DNA of 62,869 nucleotides, counting the filler, from Sphacelaria rigidula (taxonomy: Eukaryota), in the NCBI GenBank assembly GCA_964200075.2. It is 9 parts of 9 records of this genome, joined end to end, with 100 filler letters (N's around TTAATTAATTAA, not from the genome) between each part and the next. Parts side by side here need not be neighbours in the genome. Positions count along the whole stretch, not along the records: positions 1 to 6,897 come from CAXNAA020017526.1; positions 6,998 to 13,894 come from CAXNAA020017527.1; 7 more parts are not named here. One strand, 5' to 3'. Positions 1-13,249 of the stretch are shown in pieces (position 1 is the stretch's first letter; every line of letters starts with the position of its first letter). A program made the translations under genes and the position numbers. Below the pieces are notes generated by a model that was given only the letters and a program-made list of their open reading frames with translations, searched no databases and was not told the DNA's origin.

Positions 1-40
1 GTCTGGACCGGGCGGTTGGCACCGTCGAGGGGCGCGAGTG

Positions 41-73
<33 letters not shown>

Positions 74-1256
74 AAGTGCGGTGAAATCTCTTGCGGCGCA
101 TATCTGTTTCCCGTTGACACCGAAAAAGGCAGGAGGACGTACAGATGGATAGAGTATTCTTGGGGTTGCAGAGGAGGAGACGCATTTGATTTGGACGAAT
201 CTTCATGATGAACGGGTTCTCTTCCATACAAGCGCGAAGGAGGGGTGCGAAGAGAACCGTCAAGAGTTCATGAGCTTCACTCACGCAACACGGTGCGAAC
301 CACAACAACCTTCTCCATCTTGCCCTCGTACAGCAGTCTTGCCGACTCAACTGTTCATTTGCCAGAGCTCCGAGGGTTCCGCCCTTCAGTGGCACACAGC
401 TGCTTCACGAATATGTTGCGTGCTTGCAAGGGCATATCGGATCGTTCGAGTCAAGCCACCCCCAAAACGTGAACCCCGAGGCTGTGTTCGACGCCAGCTC
501 CGGATGAGCATAAACCACGGGTGTAGCCCGGATCGAGGTTGATATAATTGAATCGCGCGGTGAGTGCAAAAAAGTCACTCCCCATGCTTCCCGTCTCTCG
601 AACGTTTCGGGGTGGAGCAGAACACGCATCCCGACGAGAGCCCATTTTAACGGGACCAGAAAAGTGAGAACGAGTCGTGAAGATTGTGGTTCTGGCGGTG
701 TGGGATTATCGGGGGGGGGGGTCCCAATTCATTGTGAATTGATGCCAGATTCTCATGGCACCTGAAATCACCCTCGCCAAAACTCATTATCGAGTTGTGG
801 AGTTTCGTGAGAGTGGATGGACATACGCGTGAGAATGCGAACAGGAATGTTACATCGATACCACCCTGGGGCTGTTCGGTGCTTTGTAGGGCGCACAGCT
901 GGCTTCACCATCACTAGCACTCTTCTCGCATGCTGTTCCCGTTGCCGTATTTTCAGTACGGTATCACTTCTTCCCCCCATCGATAGGAATGGCGCCTCAT
1001 TCTTAGTGATGAAGTTGTTGACCGTCATTCAACATTACACGAAATCACCCTCACTTCGTTGGCCATACCGCCAAACGGGAACAAACGGCAGTAAACCCTC
1101 GTTCGGAGGGTTCATGGTACAAAACACCCCCAGCTGCGCTGTCAAGTTTGAAGGCATACTCGCTAGCGTGCAATTGCTACCCCCACAGACAGTACAGTAG
1201 AGGTATTATAATACTAGAACCTTCTGATCTGTGCTTTTTGCACAGAGGAAATGGAA

Positions 1257-1850
1257 ACGAGCTGGGCCGGCCAAGGTACTCTCTTAGCCGAAGAACGGCA
1301 ATGCCACGCTAAAATTGAGGGGGTGGGCGCTGAAAATTCGACCCACATTTTCACCATCAAGACGTGAAATTCGTAGAGGGATCCCAGGAAAAAATAAAAT
1401 GATGAAAAGTGAGGGCGATTTTGAAATTTAGCGACACACTAGACAATGTCATGACTCCGTGAAAAAAGACGGCTAAAGCCCAATTCCGCAATATTTTGCA
1501 TTTACTTGCGCCGAAGATTGTGGCAAAAATTCGTGAAATTGGGCTGCGCGTGAAACTTCTTGTGACACCGTTGCACCCGGGTGGTCCCAAGTGATACAGG
1601 AGACTCCAGTCGAGGCGGTCACGACTTCAAATCCGGACGGATCCTTTTTTTTTCAGAATCTGGTTCCCTTGTGAAGGTCATATATTGTGTACTACACATC
1701 ATCTTCATTCCTATTCTTGTTGCAGCAAAGGGTGCATGATCAGGTTGGTGTGCAGTTGACAGCATGTGCTAAAAAATCCGGCTGATCCGGACAAGCGGCA
1801 AAGTTATGGTGGGCCCACGGTTTTCAGGATGCACGATCGGCCCAGCTCGT
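1257..1850. mobile_element. Non-autonomous TIR element (ACGAGCTGGGCC family)
   Basis: 13-bp perfect inverted termini ACGAGCTGGGCCG (1257-1269) and CGGCCCAGCTCGT (1838-1850). The same terminus recurs at 14929-14944, 20549-20564, 35614-35629 and 37245-37260. Confidence 0.65.
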
Positions 1851-2693
1851 AGATACCGCACAACCGTGTATGCCGCAAGTTCAACAGCTGGTCGTGATGG
1901 GAGCTACCGCAGGCAGTAATGACCTTGAACCGACCCTCCAGGGTCAGGGGAGTGCAACATCAACATAAACGAATGCGTTGTGGGAGGACATCCCTCGCTG
2001 CACGACCTTAAATTGGATGTCGAATTTATGACGTACTGAATTTTGAGATCATGACGCTCAACAAATCTGGACGTTTGCGGGCTTGCTTCCGGTTGCGAAA
2101 ATCATGATGGCAACATGACCAGCAGACTCGTCCACCTCCGGCAATACTGCTGTCACAGTGTGCAACACCCACCACGTACTGGATTCTGGATTCGGTGGAT
2201 GTCAAGTTTCATGACGCTGCACAAATATGTCAAGTACACTGCTTCCAGGCACAAAAATTACCATCAACACCAGCAGCAAACTCTCCTCACCGACCTACAC
2301 CTCACTTTTACGCTACAGGTCTTCAGTCATCACTGAAACAACACGAACCGTGCTGTCCCGGCCGTTCAACGTCTGTTGCTCCTTCAGTCCCTGCAAAACT
2401 AGAGTCATCCACGCACCGGAGATGAGAAGACTGGACGAAGATATATTTCATGACACATGCTTACAAACGACTGCTCGCCTTCCAGTACGCATGAATTCAA
2501 CAGCCACGCGCTCACGCACACGCCCCACTGCTACACTTAGCATACTCCTACATGCGGTAAAGTCGTCGCGTCCTACAGAGAGTACAGTACAGTATCATGT
2601 ACCGCACGGGTCCGACCCATGTCAGTCCAGTTTGATCCGCGGCAAGAACGGAAAGAACTAATTGGGCGCTATTTTGTGCTCGAGACAACTCAC

Positions 2694-4036
2694 CGGCTGG
2701 ATGCGATGGAGTACAACCGGGTTCCCTGCGGCTTGCCATTCTTGGGGTTGATTCCCGGGGGGATGACACCGTACGACTGACCCTCCCAGTAAGGCATCTT
2801 CCCGCCGTGGCTGATAATAATATCGCAGGTCTCGCCGGTAGCGTTGGGGCCCACGATGCGCTTGACCGAGACGACCTTCCCGATAAAGGGGTCTTTGATC
2901 TTGTAGGTGTTGAGGGGGATGTTGGACTGGTCGTAGTAGGGGTCCGCCTCGAGGAAGTCCTGCTTCCCGCTTGTGGCTCGGTCGGATACAGCACTGTTCG
3001 GCCAACGGATGCGTTAGAAGAGGGACAACACTGTCGTGTGAAAAGCTAACGAGTAGTCGAATGAAGTTGCCAGAGGAACATGATCGCGGAGCCAAATACT
3101 TACGAACCATGGATTGTTTCGTTGCTGGCTACAAGACATCCTGAGACGTGACTTCTCGCACCGACAACATATCGTATGAGAGGGACAGGTGACCTGGACC
3201 CTGTTTCTGTTGACCACTACCGCTTCATCCGCTTCACACTGGGGTATTTTGAACAATTACTGCCGCTTGCTGCCATAGCTCGGTGTGTACGGAATAGTCA
3301 TGCCCAAGTGATGAAAGAAAGGAAATATCATGTTCTTTCTTGGCGCGGTTGTTGCACCTCGCTGATTTTTTTTTCATATTTTTTTTTGTCCAGGCCGTTT
3401 CTATTCGACCCTATTTGCAGTTCAATCCTCCTTCGACACGCCATGACTTGGTCTACATAAATGCAACCAGAACTCACTGCAAAATGTCGCGGGAAGCAAT
3501 CAGTGCAGCTCCCCAACCCACAAGCTTCTACAACGTTTGTCATGCTCATAAGACCATGCTTGCGCGAAAGACAAGCACAAACGCATTTACCTCGTTCCAT
3601 CATGACGTGAGCGTTCTGACGACGATACTGGACTGCAACCCAACGCACACGTATCTGTATCTCTTAACGTGCCCTTCCTGATCACATGATCATCGAAACC
3701 AAACACAATGCATGCACGCACGTACGCAGACCCTACACACATGAATATACACGACAACACGCACACAACGAAAAAACAGCAGCCACAGTGTGCGTCGGCG
3801 CTTCGGTCCACTGACAATTCAACTTACTTTAGCTCATCCACACTAACAACGTTCTCCGCCACGGCCTCTGAAAACCAGGGCTCGTCTTCGACAAGACTCA
3901 TGCGCATGGGACTGCTGCTCGCTGACCGCGTTGCAGACTGAGCCACATTTTGCCTCAGCATCGACGAGGGCGCGATGAACGCGGTGGCCCCGCCCACCAT
4001 GAGCGCGGCCGTCAAGGCGACATAACTAGGAGCCAT
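2694..4036 (-). CDS. petH: Plastid ferredoxin-NADP+ reductase, 5' part (exons 4036-3828 and 2993-2694; later exons not found in this contig)
   Basis: Exon 1 [25 protein letters not shown] is a signal peptide plus ASAFAP-like motif and transit peptide, with donor AA|GTAAGT. Exon 2 (frame not in the ORF track) after acceptor CAG reads [99 protein letters not shown]. It carries the FNR FAD-binding motifs (EGQSxGVIPPG, RLYSIAS) and ends at donor CG|GTGAGT. Confidence 0.93.
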
Positions 4037-4548
4037 GTTTTTCTGTATCACAGTGCAGTCCCACTCTCTGCTGTGTGAAGTTGCTGTTGTTGTCCTAGGT
4101 TGCTCCAGCCGCTCCCTGTGGGGATGAAATTTACGTACATGGCCATGAGCATGTTTAAGCAGGGGGTAGGGGATTGACGTACGTCACTTTCCCTATCCCC
4201 GGGTTTCGCTTTTGAAGGCTTGCATTTCCTATCTTTAGGGGAAATTCTAGATTTTCCCAATTCCACTGGTATGTGCATTATTTAAGTTACTATTCAGGGC
4301 TGTTAATTGTACTCTCGTGGAGGAGAGGGGGGGTGCCGAAGTCACAGCTGTGTTAGTTTGAGCGGCAAGCTCACACCTGTGTACGTAAAATCCAAAGGAA
4401 GATAACAGAGAGAGGGCAGCTCCTGTCGAAATCCGGGCTGAGCTACTGGTATTTCCCTGGATTATTCTTCTGAACAAAGCTTGTATCACGTTTTGTGAGT
4501 TTTTCACTCTGGATCTATTTTATTTTATTTTGGTTTCTTCTGCTAGCC

Positions 4549-4555
4549 TGTGAAG

Positions 4556-4609
<54 letters not shown>

Positions 4610-4612
4610 GCA
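4549..4612 (+). repeat. (CAA)n microsatellite, probable retroposon 3' tail
   Basis: TGTGAAGA followed by a long (CAA)n run. A similar lead-in precedes CAA tracts near 5845-5915 and 28578-28605. Confidence 0.8.
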
Positions 4613-5008
4613 AAAATGGAATGTGCATGTACAACATGGAGTGTATGGCAATACTCTACCGATCCTGAGGTAGGATTGATACGAGTATCAATTATCTGTA
4701 CTTGGCTGTGTACATTAATGTATTCATCTGTGCGGTGCTGTAGTCAACGTTCATCAGATATTACGTGCCGGATTTACCATAACGAGATTCTTCCAGGTGT
4801 GGGTACTATATAACCTGTCGGGGTGTGTTATTGACCGTATCCTCTTCCAAGAGGAAAGTTGTTTCGGATCTACGTAGCGTAATGAATAGCTAGAACTCGA
4901 GCAAGCCTGAAAAAAATGAGTATCATCATTTAGATCGGGATTGGTTTGATCAAGTAGAGAGACGATAGAGGTTCAACCTGAGATTGCATACTCGTAGTAC
5001 TTGCCGCC

Positions 5009-5610
5009 GCGCCCCGGTGGTGTAACGATCCGACTGTCGCCACTAGGGTGGAGAGAACGAGGGTTCCATTCCCAATGTGCTGGGTTTTTCTGATTTCCAC
5101 CGTGGAAAGCGTGAGAACGGGAGTAAACAAAACAGTAGTCGACCGAGTTTGTTTGACGTGAGCTGACGCGGAGCGGGAGTGCTGTCCCAACCCGCGAGAC
5201 CAAGTGCAAGGAATAAGGCATGTACTGGGGGAGAGACGAGATGATCCCTTCAGACCACGGACTCGTCCCGAGGAAGAGGAGGCGTTCAAAGTGTGCGACA
5301 AAAAAAGTAGTCCCGACGTCCAGTCGTCAGGCCTTAGCCTCACCATGTCTTTCTGGGGGGTGCTGAAAATATCCGTAAACAAAGTAGTCGACCGAGTTTG
5401 TTTGACGTGAGCTGACGCGGAACGGGAGTGCTGTCCCAACCCGCGAGACCAAATGCAAGGAATAATGCGTGTACTGGGGGAGAGACGGGATCATCCGTTG
5501 TGACCACGGACTCGTCCCGAGGAAGGGGATGGGTTCAAAGTGCGACAAAAAAGAAGGTCCCGACGACCTGTCGTCAGCCCTTGGCCTCATGTCCTTCTGG
5601 GGTGCTCAAA
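5009..5610 (+). mobile_element. tRNA-derived SINE-like repeat with an internal ~230-bp tandem duplication
   Basis: The head has an A-box-like TGGTGTAACG and a B-box-like GGGTTCCATTCCC. The segment GTAAACAAA..GTAGTCGACCGAGTTTGTTTGACGTGAGCTGACGCGG..TTCTGGGG occurs twice (~5123-5360 and ~5374-5605). Related copies lie in reverse orientation at ~54975-55255 and 41820-41881. Confidence 0.6.
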
Positions 5611-5629
5611 ATATCCATCTCTTTGTGGT

Positions 5630-6535
5630 GAGGGCGTATCTCAACACATCATTTTTCGATCGAAAATGTGCGGTGGATGGAAAAGGGAAATTCCGATCCA
5701 AAATAAAGACCAACTTTTATGGCAACCAATCTCGATTTTTACAAACATTTGGATTTCAGCCCGTCTCCTGTGACCACGGAAGGCGTCCGCATTATTAGAT
5801 GCTCAGTACGAATGTACCACGCAGATGTCGGAAGGATTTTTAATGTGAAGATAGCAGCAACAACAACAACAACAACAACAACAACAACTACAACTACAAC
5901 AACTACAACTACAACGTATGATTTTCTCCCGCGGGTTGCTTTTTCGGACCCCAGTCCGTTCTGCAATGTTTTTCGGCTAGCTGTGTGCAAACCAAATCAA
6001 TTCTCCGCTTCTCTGGACGTTTACTTTTACTCTTGGTGTACAATAAATACCACATTATTTCTGCTCAAATCGGGAGACTCCCGCATCTCCCCCGATTTTT
6101 CCCGTTTTTTTCAAGTCGGGGGAGATGCGGGAGTCTCCTGATTTGATGAGCAGGGAGGTGGTACACCAAGAGTAAAAGTAAACGTCCAAAGAATCGGAGA
6201 ATTGATCAAATCGGAGAATTGGTCTGGTTTGCTCACAGCTAGTAGTCGCCGGAAAACATTGCCGAACGGACTGGGGTCCGAAAAAGCCATCATCCACCGA
6301 AAAAAATCGCCTGCTGACGGACTGAAATCCTCATGTTTGTAAAAATCGAGTTTGTTGGTTGCCATAAAAAAAGTCGGCGTAATAGGTAAATAGGTTGTGA
6401 TTCCGACGATTTGTTGTGTTGCATCGTCAAGATAAATGACGTTGAAATCACGGCCAATCAGATCGGAGTTTTCTTTCCATCGCATACTATCGACCGAAAA
6501 ATAATGTGCTGAGACTCGGCTGGATACGCTTTAGT
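5630..6535. mobile_element. Foldback/MITE-like element with long inverted arms centred near 6105
   Basis: Nested inverted matches: GGAGACTCCCGCATCTCCCCCGA / TCGGGGGAGATGCGGGAGTCTCC; GGACGTTTACTTTTACTCTTGGTGTA / TACACCAAGAGTAAAAGTAAACGTCC; TTTTCGGACCCCAGTCCGTTC / GAACGGACTGGGGTCCGAAAA; TTTTATGGCAACCAA / TTGGTTGCCATAAAA. Confidence 0.75.
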
Positions 6536-6897
6536 GACCGGAAACAACTGAAGAGAGCGACTGACTGCAGTCAGTCGAGATTGATGGTTCAGACAGATGG
6601 ATGGTTCAGATTATGCCAACTATCACCATAGCAACAGGGCTCAGTAGCAGTAGCAGTAGTAGTAGTAGTAAAAGAAGAAGAACAGAAGTCAGGCCATGAG
6701 TGCGTGAAATTTCCATCCTCCCTTCCGTCCACCCTTCCTCATTGTTGTCAAACTAGCTGGTACAAAAGCATGGCTGCCTTGATCGGAGTGGTTGAAAAGG
6801 GTATTTTCAGCTCCGGGTAGGAACAACAACAAACAGCCGATTTTCGAAAATGGGGTTGAAAAAAAAAATGAGGTTCAACTCAAAAGTCGTGCTTTCC

Positions 6898-6997
6898 NNN
6901 NNNNNNNNNNNNNNNNNNNNNNNNNNNNNNNNNNNNNNNNNTTAATTAATTAANNNNNNNNNNNNNNNNNNNNNNNNNNNNNNNNNNNNNNNNNNNN
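6898..6997. other. Artificial contig spacer (Ns with a TTAATTAATTAA core); also at 13895-13994, 20892-20991, 27889-27988, 34886-34985, 41882-41981, 48878-48977 and 55874-55973
   Basis: Identical 100-nt spacers with stop codons in all six frames, repeating every 6,997 or 6,996 nt. Confidence 0.98.
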
Positions 6998-9900
6998 GAA
7001 CGAGCTGCCATTACCAGTGCTGTCGCGGGCGTTCACGACATCCGCCACCGCCTCACTTATGATATTTGTCCTACGGCTGTGTTCTGTAACCTTGGTCGTT
7101 ATGGGGCAGGGTGTCTAGTTCCGTTTCATAGCCCCGAGTTTGGCACCAACGCTTTGGGGTGTGTACCAACTCAGGGTTTTTTCGAAAAATTGAAAATCAA
7201 TCCTGAGTTGCTGCGCATGTTTCTTCTCAGGGTTCAGTTTTCAGGGTTTACCTAGGGGAATTCGTCATATCCTGGCCTAAATCCCAACTTTCTTGATAAT
7301 CCCTGAGTTTTTTCCTATCCCTGAGCTTTGATTTGTGTTTCCGAAACTCTCTATTATGCGACCTACAATAGTGAGTGAGGGTGTCAGTGTGCCAGTGTAT
7401 TGCTCGGTCTTGCACGCTGCGGCTTTACCAAAACAGCTGTATCGTATCAAATATCGATACTCGAATCGTATCGTGTCATTTTCAGAGTATCGACAAACAA
7501 TATCGGTATCGGCGGTTGTGGTTCGGTATTCTAGGAATATGTATCGAACTTTATTCTCGGTCCGATATGCAACCCTGATAAAGATATACAACTGTAGCAT
7601 GTATCCGGAGCTATGTTCTAATCGGAGTCTGGTTCAATTCCACAGAGTACAACTTACACACCAGCGATGAATACGCGAACCCCTTTGAAAAGTTGTTACT
7701 ATTTTGTACAGGCGAAGATGTTATTTTCCAACATGCCCCTCGGACACGCGATCGAAGATTACTGAAACTGTACGAATGTCTGCAAGCTCAAACACAGCGG
7801 TATCTGCAGTAGATTATCTTCGCTTCACCCCCATCTTTTCGTCTGCAACAGGGGTCCGCGCTGCTAGAAACTGGAGGATTGGTAGGCGTACTCTAGGTTT
7901 TAGCTACACAGAGCAACTTGATTTATCTCTGCAGCTATCGAGATGTGGCCATCTCGGTGAGGGGTGTTGGAACATGTGAAATGCGGCGTAAAAACCCATA
8001 CTGTCATAAGTGGTATCCGAATTGAGCGGAAATTAATTGCGCCGCGTTCAGTCGGTTTTTGTTCCATCATGTTACGGTGAGGGTTGCACACTTGGTCTCA
8101 AAACTCATTCAGGATTCAGGATCTCCTAAAGCCAGGAGTTACACAAGATTGTGGGTGAGGATGTTCCCGTTTTCTAACGCAATGCGGATATCCCGAGCCC
8201 TCAGGAATGGTGATCGTGACGTGCTCACATATTTCATAAAGCAATGTTTTGGTGAGATAGTCACTCTGAGATAGGATTGAGAGTGAGAATCGGTCGACCG
8301 ATAGACGGAATAAGTTTGGTTCCGAAATGCTCCTTGGGGTCTTATATGAGGACCGAAACGCTCTCTGTAGTAGGGTGCCATGAAGCCTTTGATACCCCTG
8401 AGTAGGATTTCGGCGTGAAGAACATTTTTTCGTGATTTGAGCGTGCGTTTTATCATTCGCTTTAACCCTTTTGGACCTCACAATGGAAAATTGATCATTT
8501 GCAATTGACGGTTTTTGAGCAAAATATGGTTGATGGTTCACAGCTTAGACGCAACAATTTTGGCCAAACGCGTATTTTTCAGACCAGTTCGAGTGACAAG
8601 TGGAACAAGAGAAGGTTTCCTATTTTCTTGCTGCGATCCGTCGGCGTTTTTTTCTACACTCATGAGCTCCTTCCCCGGCCACAGTGCGCGGCAGGCCTCT
8701 GTGAAGCATGCTTCCCGCCCGACCTGCACGCCCTGCCCGCTGCAGTTTATACTTTTTGCAGTGTCATAGCAACAAGGGCAACGCCGATGGCACATTCGCT
8801 AAATATATGAACCGGCGCTATATAATCCCAGGCGGTCACCTTTCCGTGCCGCCGGGGGTGCTGCGACACTGCCCTGTACAGTACGGGGTGTGTTTACAGC
8901 AGTTTGGGGTAATCTCGACTGCAGACTCACGTCGTGGACAACATCGCGCTCATGCACGTTCCGACAGCACCATCCCGCCCTTTGAAAAATGGGTAAAGGC
9001 GGCGCAGACGCCATGTGCCCTGCAGTTAAGCACCGTCACTGTAGTGTAGAGTCTGCCAAGTACCGTCGCCCCAGGGGTGATGCCCTACTGCTTCGTGTCA
9101 TGTCTTGATTGTATTTTGAAACTATCTCTGTAGAACGCGGGGCATGCACAGAACTGCGGTTTGCGAAGTACGTGCCGACAATATCATACTTCGGGCTGAC
9201 TATTACACAACGGCGTAGCGAAAGGCACAGTTGCCCCACCACATCTATACCGCGGGTTGATCGTTCCCAACCGTTGCATAGACATACTTCATGCTGCATG
9301 AGATTCATGACGCCGGCTACCGCTATTGTCGCGTGCCGTCTACTCTCGTGGCCTACTTTTCACGTCATGCCCATATTTATCTTGCACGGAGTGTAGCCGC
9401 AAGTGAATACTGTAACCTACTGTATTTACTGACTGTAGTGTTTTTCATCTGGCTTGATTACGGTAGGCGGTGTCCGTCGGCTCCCTCCCGTGTACATGTA
9501 TATCGCCTGTTCGGACGCCTGCGATTACGCCCGCCATGTACCACCCGCACGTGGTGACGGGATTTCGCTGGGTTCAGCCATACTATGCTGTATGTACGGT
9601 GTGGCCTGGCAAACTCGCCACCCGATGCTGCAGCCCGTTGAAGCGGTGCTTTCCTTATCTGCAAATGCGGAAATGCTAATATACCGATGTGCCTGATTGG
9701 ACCCTGGGACCCACTGCTGTTTTGTTATTGGAATGTTTCATAGTGATTCTGCTGATTATTGTCGATGGATACAATTGGACACACTTCATCCGTAGCGTGG
9801 TATGATTGGACAAACCTCACCCGATTTTTCCAGGGAGGACATTCTTTCTCGGTCTTCCATTATGAAAATGGTTGCCGTCGGCCTCTTCTATTTCCATCTT

Positions 9901-10029
9901 TTCGTCTTCGCCAGGGCTTCTCATAATGAGGGTTTTGGCCAGGGGACAGGAGGGGAGGGTTCCTGAAGGGTTATCTCGACCAACTTGTCTTTCTGGGTGT
10001 GCTTTCATTTGCCTGTAACACTGGCGTGT

Positions 10030-10165
10030 GCTTCGGTGGCAAGCTACTGCAGAAAGTGTATCGGACCTCGTGGAGGTTTATCTCGGAACTGAAACTATTC
10101 ATTCGTTAATTGTCCGCTTCTCACTCTCGATCGTATCCTCTACTCTCAACCTCACGGAAACATTG
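10030..10165 (+). repeat. Dispersed repeat (other copies at ~38395-38531 on + and ~8240-8360 on -)
   Basis: Shared GTGGCAAGCTACT...CGGAACTGAAAC..TTCATTC...TCACTCTC.ATCGTATCCTCT.CTCTCAA..TCAC..AAACATTGT, present in two different contigs. The 8240-8360 copy is more diverged. Confidence 0.7.
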
Positions 10166-10949
10166 TTGAAGCTGTGGGCACACGACGGTGCTCCAGGGAA
10201 AGGAAAACACACACACGAAATGAAGAAAAAATGGTCAAGTTAGAGTGACACATTAAAAAAAAAAAAACTCAATCCCTATCAAAGCTAGACTCTTCATCTC
10301 ACGAAAACGTTATCATGGGTCGTGTTTTGGATGAGAGAGAGGGCGCGTAACATTCCGAACCTCAAAATATGTTTGTGCACCCCTATACCGTAGCACCACC
10401 TTAGATATCTTGGGGATATCTTTTTCCGCACTCATGCATGCAACAACCAACATTGCCCGCCAGTAGGAAGGACGTCACACACATGTGCATAGCGTTGTAG
10501 CTGGAATGACGCGTGGAGCGTGCTTGCGGTATCGCCGCGCAAGGTATAACGCACCGTCACGTTCCGCCAACTCGTCGTGTCGTCAGCGAGACTGTAAGCT
10601 GTCGGGATCGAAAGGGTAGTACGACTGAAATGGCGCCGGTGATTGCTTCGAAGAATAGGTGTGCACATCGATTGTCCGGTTTGGTGCAGGCAGAGTTTTG
10701 GTGAGGAACTGGCATGTAAAGAGGGAGAAAAAACATCGTCCGATGTGGTCCCTGCAGCGTCCAGCACATTGAACATCCGGTCATGAAGATTGAGGGTGCG
10801 GCTTTTCATTGAGGATGATAATCCGGAAAGCTGAAACCATCGTATCCACACAAATTCTTGGAAGTATTGTTGCATCCCTTCAGCCACCAGCAGCTATCGG
10901 TGAACACTGCACGTCGTACAATTCTGGACTCCAATTGGACTCCAATAAC

Positions 10950-12410
10950 CGAAATTTCGGGATGCTAGGTGAAGAAAAACCTGGGTAAGACCCACTTCTA
11001 TGGCAACGAATCTCGAATTTTTTGGGACCCCGATTTTGACCGTTTCATGGTACAGACAGTACAACATCACAGATTTGTCAAACTATTCTGTACACAGACG
11101 GTCATTTTCTGCATAAATGTGGTACTGCGTACTCGTGCATGAAGCCGAAGAGCAGGAAGGCGGTAAACAATCCTTCAAGTGCAGTGTCGTCGTACCTTGG
11201 TACCCTATCGTAATACAGTGCAGGACACTTCATCAGTAGAGTACATGATGGTGCCGTGTGGTGGTACATGATGGCACAGCCGGTATTGTGAGAACAGAGA
11301 ACAAACAGTGCGCGAGCAGAGTTCACTAGTGCAGTGCCGTACATCACCCTTCAAGTACGGCGACAACAGCTAGGAGAGTACAGTAAAGTTCGTTATATAG
11401 TAGTGGGCGGTCTAACTATTCATTTTGTGGCATTTTGTGATTTTTCCGTAATTGGCGTTTTTCGTCGGCTCTTTTCGCTTGCAACCCCTCATCACATCGT
11501 GGATCTCAAGATATTTGTATCTGCTCCACATTCCAAGAAGAAAAAATCACATGTACTCAATATTGAGTGATGTACGGGCTGACCGGTCATCTGGGGTCCT
11601 GCCACGTTTCAGCCCAGATTCTTACCCTTCTGTATTTTCGGTCGATCGAGCCCGTCCCGATCATATTTGTAAAAAAATGTACAGTTTTATTTTTTGGGAA
11701 TTCTGCCTAATCAGTGCACTAGGGCCGAAAAACTGTGTTTCACGGTCTACAACACCCTCCTGATGAATGGGGTATTTACTTGTTTCTCCCGATAACACCA
11801 ACTAAGACTGACTTGGGCACTGTGTTCCGAAGATGATATGTTTTGTTGTACCAAAATCTACCGACACTAGCAATTCCGAGTTCAATCAAAGAGTAGTACG
11901 CGAGGAAAACCCCAAAACACCCCTAAATAGTCAGACCGCTCACTACTGTAGTGATACATGCGGCAGCGCAGCGCAGCGCAGCATGAAATATCACCATCGC
12001 CGCAGGGTACGGCGTCAGCACTTATTATCCGCTTGTCAAACCCCGTGCGAAGTTGCTTCAACTGGGACGGACAGTAGGCACGCCCTGTGCTGTCACGAGA
12101 CTGTCTTCTGCTGCCGTTGCAAGAATATCAAACGCCTCGTACTCTGGCGTTGTACGTCAATGCCCGTGAGTCACGTCAAAAAAATCGGGAGGAGCCACAA
12201 TCTCGGAACGATTTCCCCCGATTTTTCGAAAACGTGGGGAGAAGTGATCCCGAGATCGTGACTCCCCGATTTGGTCGAAATCCGTGTCCATAAAATGCGT
12301 TCGTCGGTTTTCTTTCCCCCGATGCTCGGAAAATCGAGATTCGTGCTTGCCATAAAAGTGGGTCTAACGTGAGTGATCCACTCTTATCACCTGCATTCCC
12401 CAACATGGAT
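10950..12410. mobile_element. Degenerate TIR element related to the 5630-6535 foldback family
   Basis: AGACCCACTTCTATGGCAACGAATCTCGA (~10988-11017) is inverted relative to TCGAGATTCGTGCTTGCCATAAAAGTGGGTCT (~12334-12365). There is also a palindromic core at ~12180-12275. Confidence 0.5.
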
Positions 12411-13249
12411 GTTTCATGTAGAAACCCAAACTTTCGGTTCTCCGAATCCAAATTCGTTTGGCGTGTTGTTGCCAATGGCTGCCAGTAGATGAACGAATGC
12501 AACAATATGTCGAAGAATTGGTGTGGATAACAAGATTTCAACTTTCCAGGTAGCCATCCTCATTGAAAATCTCCATCCCCGATTTTGATGACCGGCTGCT
12601 ATCGGTGTTACCAACGATGCCTCGCGGTTTGCGCGCTGTGCAGAACAAAAAAATGGACGACTGGAGTCGATGCGCGTGCGGTGGCCGGGTCGCACACGAT
12701 TCGAATACGTGAAGTGCAAGACCATGGCTTCCACCTCACTCGTGTTGACTGAATCGTTTGATCAACATCAATGTTTGTCTTCATGTTCGAACGGCGATGC
12801 GCCCGAGGGCATCGCCGGACTACTCGCCGTATTCATGTGCGCCCAAGGGCGCATCACACCAAGCACAACACATATTTCCCATCAACGCAAGGCACAGACT
12901 ATGAGTGCCTATTAATAGTGGAGGAGACAATCGCCACGGTTACATATATACATGCGCAACTTATCTACACGATACATGTCTTCAACTTTCTCTACAGGCT
13001 AGATCAAAACCCGAATTCATCGCCATGGTATTTGCCCGCTTCCGATGCCAAATCCTCTCTCTCCGATCCACTGCATTCGGAATATGAGTCTCCAATCCGG
13101 ATCCTCGCTGTATACTTCGACCCGCCTTCTGTGGGTCCATCTCGTCCGCTGTCGCTACAATTACGACTGGTGGGATCTGTTGCCGGATCCGATCCCTCTC
13201 CCACCGCCTTCCCACCGTTGCACCAAAACGACTCCCCGCCATGACTAAT

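Noticed and set aside
2548-3110. ORF-track proteins 2548-2994, 2658-3110 and 2807-3049
   Set aside because: They are shadow frames of FNR exon 2, whose true frame is not listed.
4550-6141. Poly-Thr and poly-Val ORFs (likewise poly-Gln/poly-Leu ORFs near 32261)
   Set aside because: They are translations of CAA microsatellites.
6942-6953. Regularly spaced TTAATTAATTAA motif as a biological periodic repeat or array
   Set aside because: It is embedded in N runs and is an assembly spacer.
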